Below, piece by piece: positions 19,501 through 31,900 of a stretch of DNA of 64,000 nt. The notes below the pieces were generated by a model. That model was not told the origin of the DNA and did no database searches. It saw only the letters and a program-made list of their open reading frames with translations. Numbering within the stretch: the first letter of the stretch is position 1; each line of letters starts with the position of its first letter. Made by a program: the position numbers and the translations under genes. Source of the stretch: Auanema rhodensis (lineage: Eukaryota; Animalia; Nematoda); contig OZ059898.1 of the NCBI GenBank assembly GCA_964057225.1, positions 10,726,001-10,790,000 on the forward strand, read 5' to 3'.

Positions 19501-21732
19501 GAAAGCTGAAGATTTAAAACCTAAAAAAGCAGCCCCTCCTGTGAAAAGTATCACTCCTTTGCTGCGAAAAATCTATTACTGTTGTGATGTTTTCAGAAGT
19601 TTCTGCTATGTTATCCACTGGATTTATGGATGCGTTGTCTGTTAGTTCCGAACCGAAGAAACGTGTCATACCCAAAAAGAAGCTTGTTGAGAAGAAAGAT
19701 CAGTCTAATGATCCTTCGACCACCCCTACCGTTTTAGTGAGTTTTGTTTTTCGATGCATGTATTAAGGTTCCCTTACAGGACAATGTATCAGGAAGTTCT
19801 CTTCCAATATTGGTGAGAATAATATCGTGTTGTATATTTGAATAATTGTTAAGAATTTCCATTTTCAATCACTAATTTTTCAGGATGGAATTTTTGCTGA
19901 ACAACATAAACCCGTTGAGCCTAACAAGCCTGTGAAAACTATAGCACCTACACCAACTGTTCCTACTGTTCCGCCGCCGGTTGTTGAAGCAGAAGAGCCT
20001 GAGTTTGTACCATCCGCTAGAAGACGTATTCGATTCGCTGATGAAATTGGTAAAGAATTAGTCTTTGTCAAGGAGTTTGAAATAGAAGAAGGAGAAAGAA
20101 GTGAGTTTGTCAAATATTTCTTTATATTATTTTTATCTGTCATAGTCAATGTCAATCATATGACACCTGAAGATATGCGACAGCATGAGCTAATAATGGA
20201 ACGACGATATCGGGGAGAACGGAGAGATGATGAGGAGGATGACACGGAAAAAATCAATGTCCCGGTATGATATAAGAGTATGTTCCCTTGTTGTTTCAAT
20301 GTACTAGTTTTAGTGGAGGTTAATACCTATTGATGACCTTTCTACTGAATTTGTGCGGGGCTCAAAGAGTGAAGCTAAGGTTATAGAAGAAGAAAGACAA
20401 AGAAATGCTATGAGAGCATTTAACGACCCTAGCTTGTATGTTGAAGTTCTACTTGTTTTCGCTTTATAATTTACTTTTTAGCCCTTCTGAAATAGCAGAA
20501 ATTGATCCTGAGGATTTTGACCCAATGGCGGTTGCAAAATATATTCCGAAAATAATTCCGCTTGAATTGGAAGAACCTCAGGTATTATCTATATATGATT
20601 GTATCTATATAATTAAATTAATCATATTTTTTCAGAAAACTCCAACACCCACTCCCGTCGCTTCTCAACAACTTCCTCCTGCTCAATCCAAAGCCGTTTT
20701 GCCTGATAATCTTCAAAATTTGTTAGACGGATTGAAGAAGAAGGTAATATTCTGTTAATTTCTTTTTTAGTAACATCTTTTCTTAAGGGTATTGTCGGCG
20801 AGGGACCAACAAATACTTTCGCTTCACTTGTTCCCAGTTTTGGCCTTATGTCCGGTCCACCCGGTAACAATGCACCTCCACATTCTTCTCCCAAGCCAGC
20901 TATTAACCCCATGCCTCAGGGATTAATAAGATCTCAGGGCTCGCAAGTAAAAAAATTAGTGTTACTTTAGTATTGTAATCGTTCTGATTCAGTCATATAA
21001 TCATGTGCCGCCTCACTCCTCTTATGGGCAACATAACATGCATCCATCCCATAGTAATCCTGGAAGCCACCAGGGACCTCATCACCATTTGCCTCAACAG
21101 CCTTCTGTGTCACAATCAAGAAATCCACATTCTCATGTTGATAACTCTCCAGCTATGCCAGCAACCCCAGTTCAACGAATGCCTATCATTCCCGGTGGAG
21201 CTCCTAGTGAGAATTTCCGTTTTCTCTGGGTTTATAAAATGTTTCTGTTTAGCGCATAATCATGGACCTCCAATTCGTCAGTGTCAGTTTTTTAAATCTC
21301 CTCGCGGTTGTCATTTTGGAAATAGATGTAAATTTGCTCACGGTGATCATCAATCAGGAAACTCGGTTTGGAATTCTCATCCTAAATGGATATTCACTTC
21401 AAGTTTTTAAGTATAACGGTCGCGGCGGTTACTATAACAATAGAGGCGGCTATTCCAATAGAGGTATCAGAAATGGACCTGTTTATTCCAATCCACGTCA
21501 TCATCATAATGATTATGACCACCATAGGTATCTATATGTACTTGAAATGGTTTTAATTTTTATTGCTTCTAGGTATGATCATCATCCAATGGATTCTCAT
21601 TCGCCTCCGAATAATCATATCAGATCACCAGATCAAATCCAATCCCCTTTACAATCTCCCAATTCATTCGCCACATTCGATTCAGTAACACGAATACCTT
21701 CCGAGCCGGTCGACAGTGTCAATCCTGGTTAA
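16529..21732 (+). CDS. PPP1R10: PNUTS / PP1 nuclear targeting subunit (PPP1R10) orthologue
   Basis: Many short exons. TFIIS-N-like domain (WLKQAEKE...[29 protein letters not shown]...[11 protein letters not shown]), KSRLTGLEE, GFMDAL, PP1-docking RVxF motif RRIRFAD followed by [16 protein letters not shown]-rich tail, CCCH finger [20 protein letters not shown] and RGG repeats. Start (tttacag|aATG) and final stop are less certain than the core. Confidence 0.85.
18051..18312 (+). ncRNA. Candidate structured RNA element in a PNUTS intron (class unknown)
   Basis: GC-richer block in a 458-nt intron (18037-18494). Perfect 9-bp TTATCCGGC/GCCGGATAA closes a 77-nt hairpin, and a nested long-range alternative pairing is also possible. 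Confidence 0.4.
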
Positions 21733-24206
21733 CTATAAGTTAGCCATAATGATATTGCTAACATGATATTTTGTTTATAATGGTAAGTTTACGTGTAGAC
21801 GTTAATAAGGGCTTGTTTTCGCTAAGATTATTTAAATCTTATATTATTTAATAAACGTCATAACATATAGTTAACTAACCTCATGGTTAACTATATGAAA
21901 GTCACTGTGATTGAGTATATCTTGACTTTAAATGAATTTATCTTTTGATTTTTCTCATACCGCCTCGTTCCCGGAATATGTTTCCAAGTAAGATTCAGAA
22001 AAATGGTCATTGATTGAAGTTGTTAAGTAAGCGGAAGCCCATATATATTTCTCATTTAGCAATTTTTTTTCCAGTAAAAAGATCTCTAATTTTTCTGAAT
22101 GATTCGTTAATGATAGTTTCATGTTATTAAGAAAACGTTATTGCTTTTAAAATTCTTAGAACACTGATCGTTTACCCTTTGTTTACTTGTTCGAAAGGGG
22201 TATGTGTCACCAATGTTTGAAAATCAAAATACAAATTAAAAAATTAAAGTTTGCTTAAACATATTGTAGTCGCTGGAAGATATATGTTGAAACAATTATT
22301 AATAATGTGGAAGATACTATACGATCTTACGTAGAGCTTTCGATTCTACCCATTATCAACCTAACAGACAAAAAACTTTTGCAATTGGAGAAAACGGCCA
22401 ATTATTCCTGAAGATATCAATAGATAAATTCATTTGAAGGCAAATCTGATAGATCAGAAAATAAGAGAAACACGTTTTAATCATTTGAGGTTACTGTATT
22501 GATTATATTTCAGTTTGTGACAGTTTGATCTATTGCTAAGGAATATCTCGCTACGACCTTGTCGTATCAACAATCTGTCCATGCGTGCTGCAGGGAATCT
22601 ATAATTTTTTCTTGGTTATATTTGTAGTTTTTGCTTTTGTGAAGTTATAACATTTCTATGGGTACTTAGATATTCGTTAAGAGAAAAAGTTGAAAATATA
22701 TATACCAGTATACATAGTTTTAGTTATATTATCTCTTTGTACTTATTATATATCATTATATGCGCCATTTTTGTTTGTTTTTCAATTACTGTATGCTATT
22801 TTTCTTCATATGGGTAATTTAATTTTATTAAATCGCTTGAAAATACAGGATTTCATTTCTTTTTTTTCTACTTTACTTCATGTGTTGCGTTAATGAGAAG
22901 GAGCGCGAGATAGTGTTACTGTATATTTATCCAGAAACACCAAGACGGAAAGCTGTGAATTCGGTTTATGAATCAGTAATATTCATGGAATTACAGAATC
23001 TAAACATAGCAAGCAATGAATGAACCGATAACGTCTTGACCCCTCGTCTTTAATTGTAAAATTTCTACATGGCCATTTCATAAAATTAAATAATAATTTT
23101 TCCCCACCAGTTTCAATGTAGTTTGAGTTGTATAAAAAAATAAAATATAAATATTATTTATTATTTCAGTAAAAAGCTCAAGCAACGGACTAGATAAGTT
23201 CCTCGAACAAGTTTTAAACAACATTAAATATAATATAAATGTGAAAACGTAAAACTATCAACATATAGAATTATATAAACCCATCTTAAATGTACTGTCA
23301 ACCAACTATTATCAAAAAAAAAACATAACTTTTAAATTTTATGATTATTGCTAATGAAACATAGGGGAAGGACGAATTGTAAAGGGAAGAAGTTGTGGTA
23401 ATCGCTCGAATTAAAAAAAAAGCATAAGAAAAACGAGGCTTTATATCAAATTCTAACAAGTTTGTTAAATAATGCTAAGATGAATGTTTAGATATCAAAT
23501 TTGAGCCATATGAAGCGGAAAACATACGAAACGGACCAAGACATCAGCACTAGCAGTACCCGTAAACTCGGAAAATGAAGCTGTTATAATATGAATAATA
23601 TATATTTATACTAATTTGAGTAGTTAAAATTATTGAGAATTTGGCTTTAAATTTAAATTTAGCTGAAAAAATAAATAAACAAGAGAGTGAAATGTTGGTC
23701 TGTTTAAAGAAAAGTGAGATCAATTTTGGAATAGATTTAACATTTTGACTTAGGCGAATATGAAAATGTATTTTTATGTTATGGAGATTGGAATTTGCAA
23801 AATGGAACAACATAATTGAATTAGCGCAAATCAACAAGAGCAAAAAAGGTCTTAATACAGCGATATTGTTTAAGGCAAAGTTGAAAACCCAGTACCCAGT
23901 AAAAATGTTGTCTGAGACACAGAGAGAGGAAAGAGAGAAAGAGAGATCGAAGTGAGAGAGAGAGATGTGAGAGGGTGAGTGAGAAAGAAAGAGAGAGCGA
24001 GAGAGAACGGAGAAAAAGAAATAAGTTAGTGGAAAAAGGAGATTGAATCAATCAAAAAGAAAATAAGATCTAGCTAGGAATTGAAGAGAGGAAGATATAA
24101 CTTAAGAGAGAAACAATAAAGACATGAGGTGAATTAAGAAGGCTAATTGTGGTCACCATGGGAAAACGGCTTTTGGAAATATAATGATAATAATATAATC
24201 GTTTTC

Positions 24207-27200
24207 CTATTGAGGCACACCGGCAAGAGACGTTTCTGAATCTTTCCGAATAGGACCAGTGCCAGCTAGAGAAGAACTGTGATACAGTTTGTACCACCCA
24301 ATAATTGGCTGTGGTCCAAGTTCTAGATCATCCAATCGGATTTGAGCTATACCCATAAACGCCTTTCGTTCCATTCGTCCATAATCACCAAGAACAGTAA
24401 TCTATAGTTATATAATTAGTAATTATTAAGAAAAATATAAACCTGAAGCATTTTTCTGCGAGGGTTTTCATTAAATTGTAATCGTTGTTGTATCAAAGGC
24501 GATGTTGTTCTTTTCACTGGATTTGTCTTAGCTTTTGCTATACACTGTTTACCTTCCATTAAATATACTTTGACATAAGGTGCTGTAGCAAGAAAATAAA
24601 TCTTTGGATATGAGCTTAGATACAAACCAGGACTTGTTTTTGTACCCGGCTTGACGACCAGATTATTCGCTTTGATTATTTCAACTTCGATACCATTTCG
24701 ACTACCCATTATAGCTATCTGAATTTCACCCAACACAGGTGATGCTAACACCTGCAATTCAGAAACATTAACAAATAATTCAACAGCTTTTTTTTACCTG
24801 TCGTCCAACGACTTGCCCTGGGCCGAGGTTATCGACGAAGGTTCCGAGTGGGCCGTCTGGAAGAACGGGAAGCCAACTGTAAGCATTCTTGACATAGCAC
24901 ACACACGAGCAGGTTCAGAATTTAAAATGGGAGAGGAACAACGAATGGGTTCTTTCAATTATATTCAGAAAATTCGACTGTTACCATAACGTTGTTCAAT
25001 TCTGCCCATATGTGAAAAACTTGATTCAGCAGTCAAGAGCAACATGTTAAGCAAAACTCTACTGCTAATTGAAAAATTAGAAAAAAACAGTAACTATAAC
25101 TAGGTATCTACTGCAGCCCATTTTGTTCACGTTTTCGAAAGTTTAAAGCAGTTTGTTAGCAACTAAGCAGCAGTAAATGAAAAACAAATGGAATCAGCTT
25201 TGCTTCATTTTATCTCAATGCAAACTAAGTAATACTCGAGCAAACCATGGTTAGGATTAGTGATTAAAATGCAATTAGTAACTTACTTGTCTCCAGAGTC
25301 GTTAGATTCTTTGCTGGCTTGTTTCAAAAATGGAGCTTGTAACCTATCAGCTGATAGATTGCCCGGCACTCCTACCTCTTCTGATCTAGCAAATCCTGTT
25401 CGTTTCATTTCTGAAAAATATATTTTCGAAATTGACCTTTTTGAAAGGATTTATATAAACCTGCTCCGCCAGCTCCACGCCCAGGAATAAATCTTGTCAT
25501 TAAACTTTTCTTTCGTTCTTTCATATTTTGCTGATTGTTTTTCTGAGACGAAGGTATCATTTGTTCATCCGGAATATATTCTTCCATAGATGTTTCCTGC
25601 ATATCATTTGCTGGTTGTGGCATACCTCTTCGATTTATCGTTCTAAATAGAGTATGGTTTCATCTGAAAGGCTATTAAGCCTCTTTAGTTTACCTGACTA
25701 CTGGCATACTATGGGCTGAATGAATGCTTAATGTTTCACTTCCATCACTCCCATAACCTTGCTGTTCTTGCATAGCTTCCATAACTAAGCGTCCATTAGG
25801 CGATCGAGGATCTCCAGTTGGATAACGTAGATGAGGGGGCTGAGGAGGATATCTCTGTTCAGGTGTTACTGCATCCTCCCATTGCCTATCTTCTAGAGGA
25901 TGCCGTCGAGAATACATTCGAGAAGCACTCATCTCAGCTGGCGTCACTGCAATTGTATGAACTTGAATTTGAGTAAAACGGTTTGAGTGGCATACTGTGT
26001 CTCATCGCTGTAGCACTGCGCGGCCTTCGCTGTCGGTGATATCGTAGCGGCAGAGATGGATTGGAATAGGCATAATCAGATAAGTATCCGGATGTTTGAT
26101 TGATTGTCCAATCTTCTTCCATTCTGAAACGTTATGCTCAAATGGTTAAGCTAGATATGAATATTTTTTACCTGACAGGAGTATGACGAGCTTGTGCTAG
26201 GCCAGCGCGATCATACGTCCTAGAACGTCGCATAGTTTGATCAGGAACAGCTCGAGGTGGATAATCTGCCTGATCGACATAAGGATCTGCAAAAAGATAT
26301 TCAATAAAAAATTCAAATGAAAAATTCAGGAAAATTACCATAAACAGCATAAGCCATTTCACTACGCGGTCGTTGTGGAACCCCAGAATACTGCGATAAC
26401 TTGCGTTGTCGAAGTCTCTGTAAAAAAAAACAATTATTACAAAAAGGTAAACATTTATCTACCAATCGAAGTGGATTTTCATCGTCCATATCAACTAAAG
26501 TATAGAGTAAGGGCTGTCCATCAAATGGTACTGAAGCAAAATCAACTAATGTTTCACCCAGGAATGAATTAGTGGTATATTTATCATAATCCCACACTGT
26601 TACCTAAAGAAATTCGAATGAATTATTATGTGTAATAAAAATTTGAAAAAATCTTCATTTTTATATTTTTTCTACTTACTTCTAGAGCTCGATCCATGAG
26701 TTGTGATTCGCTAATATTCTGATAGTAGAATGATTCAGACCAATATGGAGTTACAGTTTCTGCTAGAACAGCACTTTGTCTTCGAGATTTCTCACTGAAA
26801 TATACGGAATTATAATATATTTTTCTTGTTTTTTCGACTATTTTCATGATTTTTTTTTTCAAATTAATTTAGAAGAAAAATGTTGGTCTGATTGGATAGA
26901 GTCACAATAACAAAATGCTGAGGCTTTATAAAAAATCTCGAACAGACATAATAAGATATACGAATATCATTCAGAAGTTTGAAAAATAGTGAGCAGTTGT
27001 AGGCTCTCGGTTGAGAAAAAGCTCAAAACATCTGCTTGATATCAGCTAATTCGAGACTTCACGAGATTACAAGCAAGCTTCAAGCATCGACGCCAAAATC
27101 AATTACATATGATTAAGCCGCTTACATTTGAAACCTTTAACAAAGATATAATTTAGCTTCAAAAAGAATTGTATTGATGCTTGAAGTATGAGAGAAGTAC

Positions 27201-28930
27201 AATAAACTCAGAAAGATTATTGAAAAGGTTAACAGGAAAATATTAATATATGCTTGAATGCTTTGTTTGACAAGTTCAAAACGAGCTTAACCAATAAGCA
27301 TACATGCATAGGTTATTTCAGCGTAAAATGTATAAATAATATTATATAAATTAAAAGTAAAAATGTAAAGAAAGTGATTGAAGTATACATTGAAAGAATT
27401 ATCTAAAAAAAAGCAATTATACCTTCGATCGGGCAGAAGAAACAGCTTTACGTATGGATTACGAAGGGCTCCGTCGGGTCTAGGTGGCAAATCGAATGCT
27501 CGTTCAACTGTTATATTCAACTGCCTATCATGATGTGAATAGACGATTGACAACTATAATTATATAAACTTAACTTGCTTAACTTCAAAAAGTTAAAGAA
27601 ATCGATATATTCGAAACTAACCTCAATTCTCCCAAATATTTGTCCTTTTCCATAACATTGAGGTTGATCTAGCATAGCAGACTCTGCAAAGAAAAAGTTC
27701 AATAAATAATTTGATAGTATACGAGCTTATAGAAGATCATGTTTATTGAAAAACAACAATTTTGTTCTTGTTTGGACTAAATATCTCTTGAAAAATTAAG
27801 AAATTGTTGTTTGAAAATTAATTTTGCTGCTCCATTATAGAATACCTGTATAAAATCCAGGAGCTGTTGATCTATGGAGTGGACTGGATTGATGCTGATA
27901 TGGTAGTATAACGGATTGGGAGTGAGGTATCGTCGTTGAAGGCACATTCATGGGTGATGCTGATGGTGATGCGAAACAATCAGGATCTGAAAAATAATAT
28001 ATTGTTTTCAATGTCTTTGAAATAACAGCTAAATATATTAAACAAACTACATAAACAAATAATAATAATTACCATGATTATGAACATATTTCGGATTTGG
28101 CAATTGACGAATTGGAGTGTTTTGAACATTAAGAAAATCGTCACCACCAGGAACACTGAAAATAATGAAAATATGGATGTAAATGCATTCTATTATATTT
28201 TCTCAAATTTAGCAAGAAAAAAATTCAATAGCAATATCATAGACTTACCAAGCTGATCGGCTCACTATTAGCTCTACTTGAGTTTCATGCTTGCTCGCGG
28301 ATATAATCTCATAGACTTGGTCGTATGTGGCATTTTGAAGAGGCTGGCCATTCCATTCAAGCATTTCATCTCCTGTTAATATAATTACAGTTAAAAAAAA
28401 GTATTTTCTTAATGCCAATATTAACCTGGTCGTAAGCGTCCAACTGTATCGGCTACACTTCCAGGCTTAACCCGTGTAACAAAAGCGCCTAATCGGCCAG
28501 TATCTAATCGACGGCCGCCGACAACCTATAAATAAGAACAAGTAATATAGAATTTAAACTTTAATATTGTACTTTAAGGCCTAGATCACCATTGACAGCA
28601 CTATCAGTTCGATGAAGCACCATGTGTCCTATCAAACGTCGCTGATCCGCGGATGGCTGCCACGTCACCGGATGCTGAAAGTTGGATCATGTGAAAAGAA
28701 ATGTTTAATTATTTTCAAGATAAAATACAATTATCTGGCACAAAAGTATATTTTCTTTCTTTCTTCTTTAGCTTACCGATAAATATGTCCTAATTTTAGC
28801 AGCCAGCACGTTACCCGGCAAGACAGAAGGCTGAACAGAGGGATCTTTTCGGGTTAATGTGCAATCGGATGAATAGCCACTAACAGCTCCAGCTAAAATG
28901 CATAATAATATTAAGTATAACAAAAATAGA

Positions 28931-28976
<46 letters not shown>

Positions 28977-31900
28977 TTAATTATATTATTCGGTTAAAAT
29001 AAAATTTAAGAAGAACTGTTTTTATCTGATTTTGAGTGAAACATTCCTCATATTTGAGATACAAGCATATACTTAAATGAGAGTTATTTATTTTATTATA
29101 TCATATAAATCAAAAAAATATTTTTGTTGTACACTTAGAAACTATCGGAATAATATAAAAATCTTATAATTTTTCACCTTTTACTTTCTTCATAGTATTA
29201 CTATCTGAGATGTGAGTGGTAACTTCTTCAAGTGCCATTATTTAAGTATACTTTTGTCTTATTTTTTCTGTTTTAGATTATAGTTGTTTTTTGAGTAATC
29301 ATTGAAAACAACAGACAAAAATAAAATAATGAAAAATGAGTATACCCGGAACCAGACTTATCTAAGCGTACACATATGTACATACGCACATAACCATATA
29401 AGTTCAAAAAGACTTCTGGGATGAAAAGCCAGCGGCTGGATGATGAAAGAGTAACATGTATAGGACTTAGAGGTAAATGCAAAGATAAAACAATAAGTGA
29501 ATTCGACTTATTGATGAATAAATGGAAAAAAGACAAAACGAATTGTGAAAGCCATTAGCAGCCCGTACTATAAATGAGCATTAAATGAAAAAAAAAGGAA
29601 AAGACAGAATGAAGAAAGAGCCCACGACGGCTAGACGACATAGACAACGGCAGAGAAATTCGATGAATTGATGGAAAGCTGTAGCCATAGCTTCACATAC
29701 GTACAAACACATTTATGAACTTTTCCATTGTCTTACTCGTCTTCTTGTCAAATAATATTTCAAATAATTTTGTAAATGAGTACAAAATGCATGCAATGAA
29801 ATATAAAAAGACCTAGTTTTTATTTAAAAGTAATTGGGTTTACATGGAAATAGTTGAAGATAAAACATGAGAAAGACAAAAAAGAAAAAAAGAAAAGAAA
29901 CTAGAAGAAGTGTAGAATTGCAGAAAGAAGAGAACGATGAGGATAGGATCCAAAAAATGATAATGTTACAAGGCTTTTTTAGCCGGGCGGTGAGAAGCTA
30001 AGCAAAGAAAAAAGGATTTCATATGTGCATATGTGAATGATGAACTTTGCGGAGAGCATTCACTCTATGCAATGATTGGATTTATTCATTTTTCTATCAT
30101 AGGCCACATATACTAAGTGATATGAAAAAGTATCTCAACATTTGAATAAAATATATAAATAGTTAGTAGTTAACCTATACGTATAATGAACAAACTGAGA
30201 ATTTACTTACTTTTTCTTCCTTTTAAAGAGTTTGACTTTTCCGAACCATAAATGTATCGTAAAAGATCTGAAAATTCAATTTGAATTTATTTCTGGCAAC
30301 AATGATTTGATTTATTTTAAATTAAACTTTTCTCCCTTCAAAAAATTGAAAAGTAACAATTTCTGTTTAATAAGCTGAACGCACACAAACCCTTTTCAGA
30401 AGTGCATTCATTGGGAACACGCTGTCTCGCATCTTCTCCAGTGAAGCCTTCAGAAGTTGTGGCTACTTCTTCGTCTGAACTAGACATAGAGCGTATTTGT
30501 CTGAAATTGAATCAATTACGAAGAAAATAACAAGAATTCAAATAAAATAAAAAAGAGTTGTTATCTAATTTGTTTGAATTTGTTTTTTTTTTTCTGGAAA
30601 AAAAAAGATGGAAAAACTCTCGGTCTCGTTTACTCGTTTACATTTTTTTTTCTCAAAAAATCTTCAAATATATGAATATGAGATTGATAATCATTTTTAC
30701 TTCACCTTTGTTTATTAATATCCTTCTATGTCTTTATCTCTCTATCTTTCTTTTGCTTCATATATGCTTCTTTCAATCATTCACTCTTTGCCTCACTATC
30801 TCGCTCTCTCGTCCTCCCTCTTTCTATCGTTGTGGCCCTCTTTCTCTTTTACCCCCTCTGTTTTTTGCTCTTTCTAACTTTCATTTTCTGTCTAAACGGA
30901 TAATTTTTGCTTTTCACACAGGCGTTGGACTGGCAACGAGCTCATTTTAGGTCCATTCAGTTAATTAGAACTGATGCAAACAGACAAGGAATTAGAAAAG
31001 AAATTGCTTTGCTAAGCTCTCACATACTACCAACTCTCTCCACTTCTTCGCTGAAGCTTTTTCTATTTTTCTTGGGAAGCCACTTACACACACCTAGTGA
31101 CATCTATACATGAACACCTTACTGAAATAAATAAATAAGATTCTTGGCTGATTTACAGAAAGAATAAACTAAATTTACTGAACAACATTTTGGAAAAAAA
31201 TAATCTTGGTAGCAGGGAGCTAAGAGGTATGCCAAAAACCAGAAGAATAGCTTGGGTTTCATCAAAACGCTTGGCTCCATTGAAAATAAATGGCAAATCT
31301 TATTTTTTGTTAACGGTATGTTTTTTGATTTTTCCAACTTTTTATAATGTAATAAATACAAGAAAAAAGCCTGAAACTTGGGTTGTTAACGAGGGTTAAA
31401 TCTAGATATACTCATCAACAAAATTGTCCAATTTTGTTCAGAGATTCAACTCAACTCTTTAAAGATTTTCATGAACACATCTGGCGGAATGAGAGGGAGA
31501 TTGGGAATTCGAGGCTAAATATATTGGATGATGATCCTTATACAAGCCCACTAATACTCCAGTCTATCTATTTTCTTTTCTCTCTCTTTCTATTTTATTC
31601 TATCTATCTTTAATCTTCTTCCATTCTCGCTCTAAATATCTTCTGTTCAATTTTTAAAGTTTTTTCGTAAAAGCACTGAAAATCAATAACACTTGAACTA
31701 AATACATACCTATGCAACCTGGACTTCTTTTGCCGCTGCCCAGAATTTCCAGAAAGGAAACCAGTAGCCGGAGGATTAACTGACGGAACCGGAGCCACCT
31801 CAGCTGCCGGATTCAATCGGACGCCAATTGACCCACGACGGCCTTCGTCCTCACGGATGGATCGCGATCGACGGAACTCTGCTGCAAGTTTAGATGCCAT

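Noticed and set aside
29346-29361. Possible unc-10 micro-exon (ttag|ATAAGTCTGGTTCCGG|gtat)
   Set aside because: 16 nt is frameshifting and both sites are weak.
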